Part shown: positions 8,863-18,095 of the stretch, one piece after another | Layout: each line of letters begins with the position of its first letter | Numbering within the stretch: position 1 is the stretch's first letter | Origin: a virus | Taxonomy: Duplodnaviria > Caudoviricetes | Virus record (IMG/VR): IMGVR_UViG_3300044878_000186 | Span: 1-32,044 of that record | Direction: 5' to 3' (one strand) | DNA: 32,044 bases | Notes under the pieces: generated by a model | Databases searched by the model: none | What the model was told of the DNA's origin: nothing | What the model saw: only the letters and a program-made list of their open reading frames with translations | Position numbers and translations under genes: made by a program

Positions 8863-9516
8863 CTACCTCCTCAAGTACTTTTGCAGCTCGAAGTTGAGCT
8901 CCTGCTGCAGGATCTGCAGCAAGCGTTCATCCGCCTTGCGCACCCAGCTTTCGAAATGAGGCCGCGCCTGTTCCAAGGACACCTTGGCCTTGGCCAGTGG
9001 AAACCGGCTGCCATTTTCAGCGACCCAACCCGAACTCGGCCCGCCCCCTGAGGACACCGTTCTGTCGGGGTAGTCGTCGGCGTCGAAATGCTTACTCGCC
9101 GTGCGGATCCAGATGTCGGGCTTGTTGCCGTAGACCTGTTTGAGAAACGCGCCCTGGTACCGGCGCCCGGCCACCGTTACGCCGCTGCCAGTCTGCCGCG
9201 CGCGGCCAATCCGACTGGACTCAATCGCGTTCAAGCCAAACCACAGCTTTCCGCTCATGGCCCCGCCGCTGACCGGGTAACTGCGCAAGCGCTGCCGCAC
9301 CGCCGCCACAGCGATGCGCTCCTGCCGGCTGACCGCCCGGGCAATGTGCGTGCGCAACCAGCCCAGCGTTTTGTTGATAGCGCGCCGGTGCGCGGCCGCA
9401 GCCGCTTTGGGTACCACCTTGGCAAAGTCCTGGAACGCTTGCAGATCCGCCGACGATGATTGGATGGTGACCATCCCACCGCCGGCCGAGGACTTGTAAT
9501 AGCTACCGACGCTCAT
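8863..9516 (-). CDS. Minor tail protein (lambda gpZ-like)
   Basis: Basic protein with A..RAINKT motif, after the head-tail joining gene. Confidence 0.7.
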   Translation of the reverse strand: MSVGSYYKSSAGGGMVTIQSSSADLQAFQDFAKVVPKAAAAAHRRAINKTLGWLRTHIARAVSRQERIAVAAVRQRLRSYPVSGGAMSGKLWFGLNAIESSRIGRARQTGSGVTVAGRRYQGAFLKQVYGNKPDIWIRTASKHFDADDYPDRTVSSGGGPSSGWVAENGSRFPLAKAKVSLEQARPHFESWVRKADERLLQILQQELNFELQKYLRR

Positions 9517-9833
9517 GGGCGCATCCTCAAGATCAGGGCGACCAACCCGTCGCCGCTCGGCTCCAGCTGCAGCAGGTCGTAATCGCCACCGCCGTCCAGG
9601 GCCGGTAAATCGATGCTGACCAACATGCCCTGCTCCAGGCCGTGAGAATCGCTAACCCGGATTTCAAAGCGAGGCTCACGCAACCCGGTGTTGAGCTTGC
9701 CGATCTTTGGTTGCAGCCAGGGTGCGGAGAACATACCGAGAACCGGCTCGTCCCGACCTTCAATTCGCGCGGTGTCGCCCAGAGTCTCGAACACCACGGC
9801 GTCAACATCCGCCATCAACTCACGAATGCCCAT
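9513..9833 (-). CDS. Head-tail joining protein (lambda FII-like)
   Basis: 106 aa immediately after the capsid gene; probable ATG at 9833. Confidence 0.65.
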   Translation of the reverse strand: MGIRELMADVDAVVFETLGDTARIEGRDEPVLGMFSAPWLQPKIGKLNTGLREPRFEIRVSDSHGLEQGMLVSIDLPALDGGGDYDLLQLEPSGDGLVALILRMRP

Positions 9834-9835
9834 GG

Positions 9836-10831
9836 TCAGAGCGTCAACAGGATCTGCGCCCGAGGTCGGGTGCACAGGTGCAACGGGTTGGACTGCGCCT
9901 CGCCGGCCATGCCTTTATTGAACGGCAGCGGCTCAATCTTGCTGTAATACGGCACGCCCTGGGTGTTGACCGTTTCCATGTAGTCGGCCGGGGCAAAAGC
10001 CGAGATGTACAGATCCGGCACCCCCTCCGGCACCAGCAGCGCCTTGTCGTCATGGACGAACGACACACCCGCGACCTTGCCGCGATAACGCTCCCAGATA
10101 ATGCCGCCGAACTCGAAGCTTTCCCGAGCATCACCCCGCAACTCGGCAGCCTGCTGACTGTTGAGGTAGGTTTCCTTGACCGACTTATGCACGATCAACT
10201 TGTTCCAGAAGTTCTTGCCGCAGAACGCGCGCGAGCCGCTGCTGGTCACGTTGCCCAGTGCGTCTTCCTGCATGTCCAGAGCTTCACCGCATTTAACCCG
10301 CAGTTCGGTATTAGCATCCGCAAACCCCATCGCCATCGTCTGCCGCTGCACACCGAAGGCCGCGTAGATATCCAGCAACGGGGTTGCACCATCGGCATCC
10401 AGCACCAGACCGTTCAGCGCACCCATGCGCTGGAACTCGTGGGTGGCGTCCAACTGGCGACGGGTCTTGGCCAGGCGAGCATTGACCACATCCTGCACGG
10501 CCTGCAGCTCGGTCCGCGTACCGAAGGCGCGAATGCCCTGGATCTCGTCGGCCTTAAGGGTGAAGCGTTGAGGCAGGTGCACGGTGTTGAACGGAATCAG
10601 CTTGCGCTTGCTGCCACCGACCACCAGGCCGGAGCTGCCGCGTTCGCCCGCTGGCACCAGCGCCAGGGTGTCGCCGTCTTTCTCGATCTGCACAGTCAGG
10701 GTGGTGATGCCCTCTTCCTGAAACAAGCCGAGGCCGCTAATGCGTCCAGGCAGATAGGGTTGTTCGTTGATCGCTGCAGTCAGCGCGGCAACGGTGAATG
10801 CTTCGTCGTCAAAAATGGCGATATCGGCCAT
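9836..10831 (-). CDS. Major capsid protein (lambda gpE family)
   Basis: 331 aa after the decoration gene; LTAAIN, THEFQRMGAL.G, QSNPL motifs; strong SD. Confidence 0.92.
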   Translation of the reverse strand: MADIAIFDDEAFTVAALTAAINEQPYLPGRISGLGLFQEEGITTLTVQIEKDGDTLALVPAGERGSSGLVVGGSKRKLIPFNTVHLPQRFTLKADEIQGIRAFGTRTELQAVQDVVNARLAKTRRQLDATHEFQRMGALNGLVLDADGATPLLDIYAAFGVQRQTMAMGFADANTELRVKCGEALDMQEDALGNVTSSGSRAFCGKNFWNKLIVHKSVKETYLNSQQAAELRGDARESFEFGGIIWERYRGKVAGVSFVHDDKALLVPEGVPDLYISAFAPADYMETVNTQGVPYYSKIEPLPFNKGMAGEAQSNPLHLCTRPRAQILLTL

Positions 10832-10893
10832 GAGGTAGTCTCCAGAAATGCAAAACCCCGCACGCGGCGGGGTCAGGGAAAAGGATGATCGAC

Positions 10894-11238
10894 TTAGCGG
10901 ACGATCAGATGCTGCTGCGCCAGGCTCTTTTCGGCATCGAGGTCGAGGCCAGTCAGATGCACTTCGCTGACTTCAGCCAAACGCACCACCGCACGACCGC
11001 GACGCACAATGTCGGATTCACCCAATGGGCCAAATAGGATGGCGACCGCCTTCTCGCTACCATCCTCGGCCGCCGGATCGTAGGCCGCGAATTCGCCCGA
11101 GGCAGTGACCAGACCGAGCACCTGGCCCGGCCAGAGTGCTGGGCCGGCTGCGACGTTGATAGTTTCCCGGGAGATATTGCCGGCGCCCTCGGACAGGAGA
11201 AACTCGCCCGCGTGAATCGGCTCTTGCTTGATAGTCAT
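10894..11238 (-). CDS. Head decoration protein (lambda gpD-like)
   Basis: EFLLSE....SRE, PGQVLG, DGSE.AVAIL motifs; between protease and capsid. Confidence 0.88.
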   Translation of the reverse strand: MTIKQEPIHAGEFLLSEGAGNISRETINVAAGPALWPGQVLGLVTASGEFAAYDPAAEDGSEKAVAILFGPLGESDIVRRGRAVVRLAEVSEVHLTGLDLDAEKSLAQQHLIVR

Positions 11239-12365
11239 GGTCTAGCTCCTTTCCCGGAGGGGGTTTGTGCTGCCTTGCGGGCGGCGTAGATGCTGGTGTG
11301 GTCAGGCTGTTTGGCCTGGGTTTTGAGTGGCGTGTCATCGGCCAACGGCAGACTGTTGTCGATCTCGAAGCCGCCACCTTTCACCAGTTTGTCGAACAAC
11401 CGAGCACGAACAGCCTCAGCGTCAAGGCCGGCCGTGACGAACTCGGCGGTTAACTCTGGAAGCCGGGCCGCGACACACAGGTCGCGCACTGCTGTGGCGC
11501 GGGACAGCGCCGCCTGAACCACGGCTTCGCTTTCCAGCTTGGTCGAGGCAATGAGCGACTCGACTAGGTTGCTGATACCGGCCTTGTTGCAGTGTTGCGT
11601 GATCATCACGGCCAGCTTGGCCGAGTCCAGCACGACCGGTTCAGCGGGTGGATCGTCCGACGCGGGTGGCTCCGGCTGCTCATCGAGCTGATCCAGCAAG
11701 GCCTTCGGTGCATTTTGAAAGCGCTGCAACGCACCACCCTGGCCGATACACGCCTTTACCTTGACGCCCTCGCCCACTTCATCCGCCAGACCCAGCGCTA
11801 CCGCTTCATTCGCGGTGAGCCAGGTTTCGGCATTGACCATGCGGCGCAGCTCGGCCTCGTCGATATCAGGCGACTTGGACTTGTAAGCCGCAATGATGAC
11901 CTCGGTGGCCTGATCCAGCGCCGTGGCGACTTTGCGCAGATCCTCGGCATCACCTGAGGCAAACGTCCATGGGTTATGGATCATCAGCATGGCATTGGCA
12001 GCGATCACCACCTTGTGCGCACCACATACCGCGACACTGGCCGCGCTGGCTGCCAGCGCATCAACATGCCCCGTGCAGCGTTCACCCAGACGTGCCAGCG
12101 CGTTGTGAATCGCCAGGCCGTCGAACAGGTCACCACCGACGCTGTTGAAGCGGGCCGAGACCGGCGACGCGCCATCATCGATTGCCGCCAGATCCCGCAC
12201 AAACTGATTGGCAGTGATGCCCCAACCGCCGATTTCGCCATAGACATAGACCTCGATGACACGCTGATCGGCCTCGCCAGTGGCTGCCAAGTTGTACCAG
12301 TGTTTGTCCTGAGTCGCTGGTGGCGCATCGGTCTTGTTGAAAATACGCAGAGGATGCAGATTCAT
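11235..12365 (-). CDS. ClpP-like head maturation protease with C-terminal scaffold-like region
   Basis: YGEIG, NSVGG..FDG, LAASAAS, MIHNPW, ETWLTA.EA..LG motifs; ATG at 12365 overlaps the portal stop. Confidence 0.9.
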   Translation of the reverse strand: MNLHPLRIFNKTDAPPATQDKHWYNLAATGEADQRVIEVYVYGEIGGWGITANQFVRDLAAIDDGASPVSARFNSVGGDLFDGLAIHNALARLGERCTGHVDALAASAASVAVCGAHKVVIAANAMLMIHNPWTFASGDAEDLRKVATALDQATEVIIAAYKSKSPDIDEAELRRMVNAETWLTANEAVALGLADEVGEGVKVKACIGQGGALQRFQNAPKALLDQLDEQPEPPASDDPPAEPVVLDSAKLAVMITQHCNKAGISNLVESLIASTKLESEAVVQAALSRATAVRDLCVAARLPELTAEFVTAGLDAEAVRARLFDKLVKGGGFEIDNSLPLADDTPLKTQAKQPDHTSIYAARKAAQTPSGKGARP

Positions 12366-13843
12366 GGTTTCTCCTGATCGTCGTGTTTGTCGTCGACCTC
12401 GGTAAGCGTTCTGTAATTGAGCCCCAGGTTGCGAGCCCGCTCGGCGTCGGCGGCGTTTTCCGCATCGACTGTTTCGGCATCGGTGCCAGTGCGCAGACAC
12501 ATTTCACTGCGCGAACCAAACCCGGCGTTGACCTCCAGCATTCGCGCCTGAACATCCTGCACAGGTTGCAGGTAGGCCCAACCTTGCGGCACCCAGCGAG
12601 TACGCAGGTATTCGCGACGCCGCTGCGCGTAGTCAGCCAGATCCAGCACGCCGGACAGCACCGCCATGTCCATCCACGCGGCCCGCACTGGGCGGCACAG
12701 TTGGTGCACGTAGACGCTGAATTGCAGTTGCTCCAGACGGCGCCGGAATTCGTTCAACACCACCCGTAGCGCCCGGTCATTGACCCCACGCATATCACCG
12801 GTGAGGATCTCGTAAGGCGTGCCACTGCCCGCTGCCGCAGCCATCAGTTGCTGCCGCATAAAGTCCGGGTAGTTGTTGCCCGCGTCCGGTGGCGAGGAGA
12901 ATTCGACCTCCTCACCTGGCCCCAGCTCCTGCATGCTGCCGGGCTCCATGGCCACCATCGGCGTGAAGCCATCTCGGTCAGGGTTAAGCGGCATGCCGGT
13001 GACGGGATCTCGCGGCTGCTGACCGGAGTCAGGCGCCGGCCTTTTGATAAAGCCCGCGAACAGGTTCGCCACCTCTTGGCGGAACAACACCGCGTCGTCG
13101 TAGTTGTCCAGGCTGCGCAAGCGCTTGAGCACTGGCGACAAACGTGGAACCCCGCGCAACTGACCAGGCTCCACCGGCTCAAAGATGTGCAGCACCTGAG
13201 TGGCGGGGACACGTACCAGTTGGTTGTAGCCACTGTTCAGCGACGAGGCATCACGCGGATGCGCCCGGTACATCCAATAGGCCACGCGTCGACCGGAGGG
13301 GTTGAACTCGATCCCGGCGCGAATGATGTTGCCGTCGCGGGTGGTCTCGAACTTGTCGTGAGGGACAAACTCCGGGGCCAGCACCTGGATCTGCAAGGGG
13401 ACCGAGAGGCCTTCGCTGAGACTGCGCGGACGCAACCGAACAAAGCATTCACCCGCTGTTTCAACCGTGCGTGCCACCAGGGCCTGCTGACCATAGAAAT
13501 CGGTCAGGCCATCGGCGTCGGACTCTTCGGTCCAATCCTCCCACAGTTCCTGCAGGGCATTACGCAGTCGATCATTCTTGATCTTGGGACGTGGCGTGAT
13601 GCCGGTACCGATCAGGTTGCTGACCCGCTTGTCGATCGTGTTGAAGGCATACGGGTCATTGCGCACCGCTGCCCGCGAACGCGATCGCAAGTTGCGCAAC
13701 GCTGGCATAACAATGCTGTTGATGCCGTTGTCGGGCGCATCCCAACTGGCCGAACGACGGCCCTCACCGGCGCCTTCGTAACTGGCCTTGATGCGATCCG
13801 GCAGCAGGAATCCGTTGCGAGTGAGCGTCGGATAGCGCGCCAT
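12362..13843 (-). CDS. Portal protein, lambda family
   Basis: 493 aa; LR.RSR..VRND, GIEF...GR.VAY, PGQLRGVP motifs. Confidence 0.95.
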   Translation of the reverse strand: MARYPTLTRNGFLLPDRIKASYEGAGEGRRSASWDAPDNGINSIVMPALRNLRSRSRAAVRNDPYAFNTIDKRVSNLIGTGITPRPKIKNDRLRNALQELWEDWTEESDADGLTDFYGQQALVARTVETAGECFVRLRPRSLSEGLSVPLQIQVLAPEFVPHDKFETTRDGNIIRAGIEFNPSGRRVAYWMYRAHPRDASSLNSGYNQLVRVPATQVLHIFEPVEPGQLRGVPRLSPVLKRLRSLDNYDDAVLFRQEVANLFAGFIKRPAPDSGQQPRDPVTGMPLNPDRDGFTPMVAMEPGSMQELGPGEEVEFSSPPDAGNNYPDFMRQQLMAAAAGSGTPYEILTGDMRGVNDRALRVVLNEFRRRLEQLQFSVYVHQLCRPVRAAWMDMAVLSGVLDLADYAQRRREYLRTRWVPQGWAYLQPVQDVQARMLEVNAGFGSRSEMCLRTGTDAETVDAENAADAERARNLGLNYRTLTEVDDKHDDQEKP

Positions 13844-14049
13844 TAGACCCCCTTGCCTGCATGGTAAAGCCGGATGACACGGGAGCGCGGAGGACCGGCA
13901 TTGCTCAGCGAGGTGCGGATCTCATCGCGAGCCTTGAGCAACTCGTCCACCGTGCGGTATTCGACAATGCGGTCGCCGTAGCGGACTGTTTTCTCGCCGC
14001 GCGCAATCGCGCCCTCGATGGCTTCGAGGTGTTTCGAGGTAAAGGCCAT
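13843..14049 (-). CDS. Head completion protein (lambda gpW-like)
   Basis: 68 aa between terminase and portal; G.K.V.Y.DR.VEYR motif. Confidence 0.85.
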   Translation of the reverse strand: MAFTSKHLEAIEGAIARGEKTVRYGDRIVEYRTVDELLKARDEIRTSLSNAGPPRSRVIRLYHAGKGV

Positions 14050-14050
14050 A

Positions 14051-16084
14051 TCAGCGTCTCTTCAGGTAGCCGCTCGTGGACACACGGCGTGTAGGTTGCG
14101 GGGTTGTCGTTCGCTGTGGAGCAGCGAGTGCAGCGGGCGGTGGTGCAGGTTTCGACGCAGGATCAGTAGCCGGCTCGGCTATCGCTTCAGCATCGTCGTC
14201 GACGCGCTGACCTTGCACGTGCTTGATGCCCAGCTCAGCGTCGAACAGGCCCGACTGCGCCATGGCCTGACGGACCCGATCCCAGTCCTGTTCGTGGTAG
14301 CGGTTGATACCCAGGTAATGGGCCATCGCCAGGCAGTACACCATCAGATCGAGGGCTTCGTTGCGTTCGGCTTTGCCCTTGACCCACTCGATGCGCTTGT
14401 GGCCCCGGATGTAACGGGTGACCTTACGTTCGACGACGCACTGCTCGAAGAACTCGTCTGGCAAGTCGTTAGCAAAGTGCAGCGCACCAGGACCTGATTC
14501 GAACGGATAGCGGTTGTAGATCCAGTCCTTGGCAGTATCGGTGCCGACAAACCACAGCTCGACACCGTTGCGCTCGGTCTGGCCTTTCCAAGTTACGTCC
14601 ATCATCGACGGGCGCTGAGCAATAACCGGCCTGCCGGGCTTGCTCGCACCCTTGACGGCGAAGACGTTGCGCCAACGACGCAGGCGGCAGAACTGATAAA
14701 CCTCGTCGGTATGGTGACCGCCGGAGTCGACTGCCGTGGCCAGGATCGCCAGGCCGACGCCGCACGGGTGCCGGTAGCGAACCTTGAGCTTGTCATCCAG
14801 GACCGCCCAGGTGCTTTCGTTGGCCGGGTCGCCCCAGATGATCTGGTGGTCGATAACCCAGCGCTCCATGCCGACGCCAAAACCCATGACCATCAGCTCC
14901 AGGCGATTGGCCTGGACGTCGACGGAGGCCGTCAGCATCAGCGCGCCGGAGGCCATCGAGCCGACGCCGTAGGTCTCCAGCCTTGCCCGCTGGATCAGAA
15001 CGGCGGCCTTGGTTTGCTCCTGCGCGCTGTCCCAGACTTTGGCGAGACGGGTGTTGTAGAACACCTGCATGGGCTCAAGGTCGCCACGCGCCTGGGCCTT
15101 CTTGGCCCGCTCGAACTGCTTTGCCAGTGACGGCCAATCGCTCCAGCCCAACGGCGCGTAAAGCGCGTTGAGGTAGAAACCGACCGTCTCGCCGTCACCT
15201 GGTGTGTGTGCTCGCCATTCGCCTTGGGCAAGCATGCTGCCCTTGTGATATTCGTCGATCAGTTCGTCACATTCAGGTCCGGCACACTGGTAATGCACCA
15301 CGGTGTAATCTGCGTTGTAGAGCAGGCGCTCCCACTCCAGTACCTGCATGTGCCCGCAGTGTGGGCACGGCACGTAGTAGTGGCGTTGATCGCTGGTCTC
15401 GAACAGGTCGGAGATCCGCGACGCGCCCTTGATGGTCGGCGAGCTGGAGAAATAGAACTTGGCGTTGCGCCCGAAGGTACTGCCCCGCGCCTCAGCCAGC
15501 TCGATGGGATCACCCTCCTGGCCCACGTCGACTTCCCAACGATCAACCTCATCACCATAGACATAGCGAGCGGACAGCTCCGACAAGTTGGCAGCAGAGC
15601 CAGCGGTGGTGACGTACAGCGAACCGCCCTCGAACTCCTTGGTGTCCATGGTGTTGCGCGCATCCCGCGACCGTACACCGGCCACCCGTTCACTCAGCTC
15701 GGGTGTGGCTTTGATGGTTTTCGTGATACGCGCCGACACCCGCTTCGACAGAGCCAGGCTGGGCAACAAGGTCAAAATGTTCGACGGCGCCATATGGATC
15801 AGGCCGCCGATCCAGTTCAAGGCGATCTGGGTTTTCATCAACTGCGAGGCCACCATAGTGACCACGCGTTTGCAGGGGTGAGCCGGCGACAGGCATCGCA
15901 TCGGCTCGCGTGCATAGGGTGTGCGCGCTGTGCGGTATTTGCCGGGCTCAGCGGCACCGGTGTCGCGCGGGATGCGCATGTACTCGTCGGCCCATTCGTC
16001 GATCCAGAGGTCTGGGTCAGGACGTAGCCCACGGAAATACGCCTCGCGGTACACCTCTGCACCGTCAGGAATCTCTGTGGGCAT
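14051..16084 (-). CDS. Terminase large subunit (lambda gpA family)
   Basis: SQLMKT Walker A variant, DEVD Walker B, SSPT, CPHC, VDVQ, DSGG, RNEALD motifs. Confidence 0.95.
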   Translation of the reverse strand: MPTEIPDGAEVYREAYFRGLRPDPDLWIDEWADEYMRIPRDTGAAEPGKYRTARTPYAREPMRCLSPAHPCKRVVTMVASQLMKTQIALNWIGGLIHMAPSNILTLLPSLALSKRVSARITKTIKATPELSERVAGVRSRDARNTMDTKEFEGGSLYVTTAGSAANLSELSARYVYGDEVDRWEVDVGQEGDPIELAEARGSTFGRNAKFYFSSSPTIKGASRISDLFETSDQRHYYVPCPHCGHMQVLEWERLLYNADYTVVHYQCAGPECDELIDEYHKGSMLAQGEWRAHTPGDGETVGFYLNALYAPLGWSDWPSLAKQFERAKKAQARGDLEPMQVFYNTRLAKVWDSAQEQTKAAVLIQRARLETYGVGSMASGALMLTASVDVQANRLELMVMGFGVGMERWVIDHQIIWGDPANESTWAVLDDKLKVRYRHPCGVGLAILATAVDSGGHHTDEVYQFCRLRRWRNVFAVKGASKPGRPVIAQRPSMMDVTWKGQTERNGVELWFVGTDTAKDWIYNRYPFESGPGALHFANDLPDEFFEQCVVERKVTRYIRGHKRIEWVKGKAERNEALDLMVYCLAMAHYLGINRYHEQDWDRVRQAMAQSGLFDAELGIKHVQGQRVDDDAEAIAEPATDPASKPAPPPAALAAPQRTTTPQPTRRVSTSGYLKRR

Positions 16085-16088
16085 GGGC

Positions 16089-16691
16089 TTAACTCGTGGT
16101 CAGTGCGTGTTTTAAGTCCGCTGAAGACATGCGCTCAGCGTCTTCCAGCGAGCGACGGATCGCCGCCGTGAGGTGTTTTTCGATTTCCCAAGGGTCCGTC
16201 ATGGACGCCAATTCGGGAGCCAGCTGCGGCGGCATGCCCAGCAGTTGATCGCGCAGCAGGCGACCGCCGTTGTAAGCGGCCAGTTTGACGGCAGCCAGTT
16301 CCACCAACTCCCCCTTGGCCTTGCGCAGCTCGATCTCGGCGAGCTGCGCAAGGTTGTGCTCGCGCAGTGCACGGGCCTTCTGGAAATCAGGATGCTGCCC
16401 CGCCGGTGGTAACAGTTGCGGCGGCGCAGCCGTGGAAGTCGGCTCAGCCGCTGGGGTGAGTTGGCTGTACACGTCGCGCTGGAGCCGGTCTTGGTGGTGA
16501 CGAGCCGCGACGGCGGCCTTGCTCGGGTCAGCGGTATCGGCGATCAATGCCTCTGTTTCCAGCACATTGACCTGCTTGCCATCCGAAGAAAGCACCAGAC
16601 GGTTATTGTCTTTCAGCCAAGTGATGTAGCTGGGCGACCTGCCGATGCGAGCCGCGAAAGCGCTCTTTGACAGGTAGGTTGGTTCTGTCAT
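16089..16691 (-). CDS. Terminase small subunit
   Basis: N-terminal HTH (SKSAFAARIGRSPSYIT), coiled coil ending GELV; directly upstream of TerL and downstream of cos. Confidence 0.85.
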   Translation of the reverse strand: MTEPTYLSKSAFAARIGRSPSYITWLKDNNRLVLSSDGKQVNVLETEALIADTADPSKAAVAARHHQDRLQRDVYSQLTPAAEPTSTAAPPQLLPPAGQHPDFQKARALREHNLAQLAEIELRKAKGELVELAAVKLAAYNGGRLLRDQLLGMPPQLAPELASMTDPWEIEKHLTAAIRRSLEDAERMSSADLKHALTTS

Positions 16692-16700
16692 GAGCCCTCC

Positions 16701-16829
16701 TTTTTCAACGGCTTTTCAATGGAGCCCTTTCAATTTCAATGGATTGAATTTCAGTAAGCTGGCTGCCCTGCCGCTAACACTTTCCCGCGGGTTTCCGACC
16801 CCGTACCCCCCGGATAACCCCAGGGTCCC
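16701..16829 (-). other. Lambda-like cos packaging site; predicted cosN 12-mer GGGTCGGAAACC at 16790-16801
   Basis: Minus strand GGGACCC-N17-TACG|GGGTCGGAAACC|CGCGGG parallels lambda GGGTCCT...TACG|GGGCGGCGACCT|CGCGGG; TTTCAA repeats at 16703-16739. Confidence 0.75.
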
Positions 16830-16860
16830 CGGTGATTTTCGGAGGCTCGGGGGGAAAACA

Positions 16861-17205
16861 TCACCCCTTCTCACCGCCTGCGGGTGGCACTTCGCAGACA
16901 CCCAGCCGCTTCGCCGCCCAGCGCTCGTACAACCCGATTGCTACATCAGCGCCGGCCATTGCGGTCAGGCACCCCAAGCTGCCGGCTGCCCAAATCGACA
17001 TGCCGGCAGCGATCATCAACATCATCGCCGACACCCCGCAAGCAATGCAGGCACCAGACCGCAGCGCCAGGCGTCGCAACAGCACCCAGCCCCGTGCCCC
17101 ATCCTTATCGGCTCGCCACATCTCGCCCGATACGCCGCCGACCAAGGCCAGGACGATAACTAACCAGATTGGCATCTCTGCCAGCGCTTGCTGCTCGTTC
17201 GTCAT
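16861..17205 (-). CDS. Phage holin (Pseudomonas R-pyocin-type)
   Basis: 114 aa with about three hydrophobic segments and a basic stretch near the C-terminus; GGAG SD; first gene of the late operon. Confidence 0.8.
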   Translation of the reverse strand: MTNEQQALAEMPIWLVIVLALVGGVSGEMWRADKDGARGWVLLRRLALRSGACIACGVSAMMLMIAAGMSIWAAGSLGCLTAMAGADVAIGLYERWAAKRLGVCEVPPAGGEKG

Positions 17206-17218
17206 CGCCCTACTCCAT

Positions 17219-17250
17219 AAAAGCAAAAACCCGGCGCAATGGCCGGGTTT
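17219..17250 (-). terminator. Terminator-like hairpin in the late leader (tR'-like)
   Basis: AAACCCGGC-N6-GCCGGGTTT followed by TTGCTTTT on the minus strand. Confidence 0.65.
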
Positions 17251-17308
17251 GGTGTGTGGTGTGTGGTGCCTGCCGCTCTCTGCGGTCGAACCTATCGAAG
17301 ATGACTAC

Positions 17309-17337
17309 TTTTTACAGGTGGATTCCGGTGGCAGCAA
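17309..17337 (-). promoter_or_regulatory. Candidate late promoter (pR'-like)
   Basis: TTGCTG-N17-TAAAAA, between the Q-like gene and the leader terminator; modest consensus match. Confidence 0.4.
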
Positions 17338-17427
17338 CCCCACTTTAATGCCACCCGGTGAATGTCTGGGCTACGCCTAGGCAATGTCGGTGAATATCTT
17401 TATTTCGGCCTTCAGCGCCTCTGGCGC

Positions 17428-17718
17428 TGTCCTGCCTGTCCCACTATTCAGAATCAAAGCAGGACAGCTGGAACCCTCTAAACCTGTGCCTCTACCCTAC
17501 TGTCCTACCTTTTTTACCTTTCTCTCGTGTATAGAGAAAAAGCTAAAAACACGCGTACGCGCCATAGGCGCGAATACGTGCCCGCTACGCTCATGTGTGT
17601 ATGACGCGGGTGAAGGTCGGACAGTAGGACACCCCAGCAACGACGCGGCCTGCACCTGTCCTACAGCCAAAAATGACGGTAGGACAAGGCCGGACGGTAG
17701 GACAGTGACAGACGGACT
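17428..17718. repeat. Iteron-like octamer cluster GTAGGACA; candidate replication origin
   Basis: Five exact copies (17501, 17624, 17657, 17679, 17697) and about six variants in both orientations, around an A/T-tract core. Confidence 0.7.
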
Positions 17719-17729
17719 GACACCAAACG

Positions 17730-18095
17730 TCATGCAGCCTTCCCCATCAACAGGCCAGCAATGTGCACATGCGCCTCATGCAGGCGTTGGTAATAGGTAT
17801 CGCGGCTACAGCCACAATGGGTGTACTTCTGCGACAGAAAGCTCTCGTGATTGCAGTAATGTTCCCTCACCACCACCGACAGCTGCGGCGACAAGTGCTT
17901 ATTGACGATCAGCTCAATATCCGCCGACTCATCCAACAACACCCGGCTGCCCCGAGTCCCCCGTATCAACTCCCCCTTGCACTCCATCAGCATGGCAATC
18001 ATGTTCCCGCCACTCGCCCCGCCATAGTCTTTAGTCATCGGCGAATGCAGATCCTGCGCCCACAACTTCAGCATCTCATCAATTCGCTTAATCAA
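17730..18095 (-). CDS. Putative late regulator/antiterminator (Q-like, PA0613-like)
   Basis: ID.ML..WA N-terminus and C-terminal HTH-like CGCSRDTYYQRLHEAH; last early gene before the late leader; TTG start after GAGGAG. Confidence 0.65.
   Translation of the reverse strand: MIKRIDEMLKLWAQDLHSPMTKDYGGASGGNMIAMLMECKGELIRGTRGSRVLLDESADIELIVNKHLSPQLSVVVREHYCNHESFLSQKYTHCGCSRDTYYQRLHEAHVHIAGLLMGKAA

Noticed and set aside
1-9516. Tail cluster as a stand-alone tailocin
   Set aside because: It is contiguous with capsid, portal, terminase, cos, replication and integrase genes, so it belongs to a prophage.
17173-17205. Holin dual start (Met1/Met11)
   Set aside because: The extension lacks the basic residue typical of antiholins, and there is no clear second SD.
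17384-17905. ORFs over the iteron region (17384-17905 +, 17497-17733 -)
   Set aside because: Sequences mostly reflect the octamer repeats; the region is better explained as a non-coding origin, though the 78-aa minus ORF is not strictly excluded.
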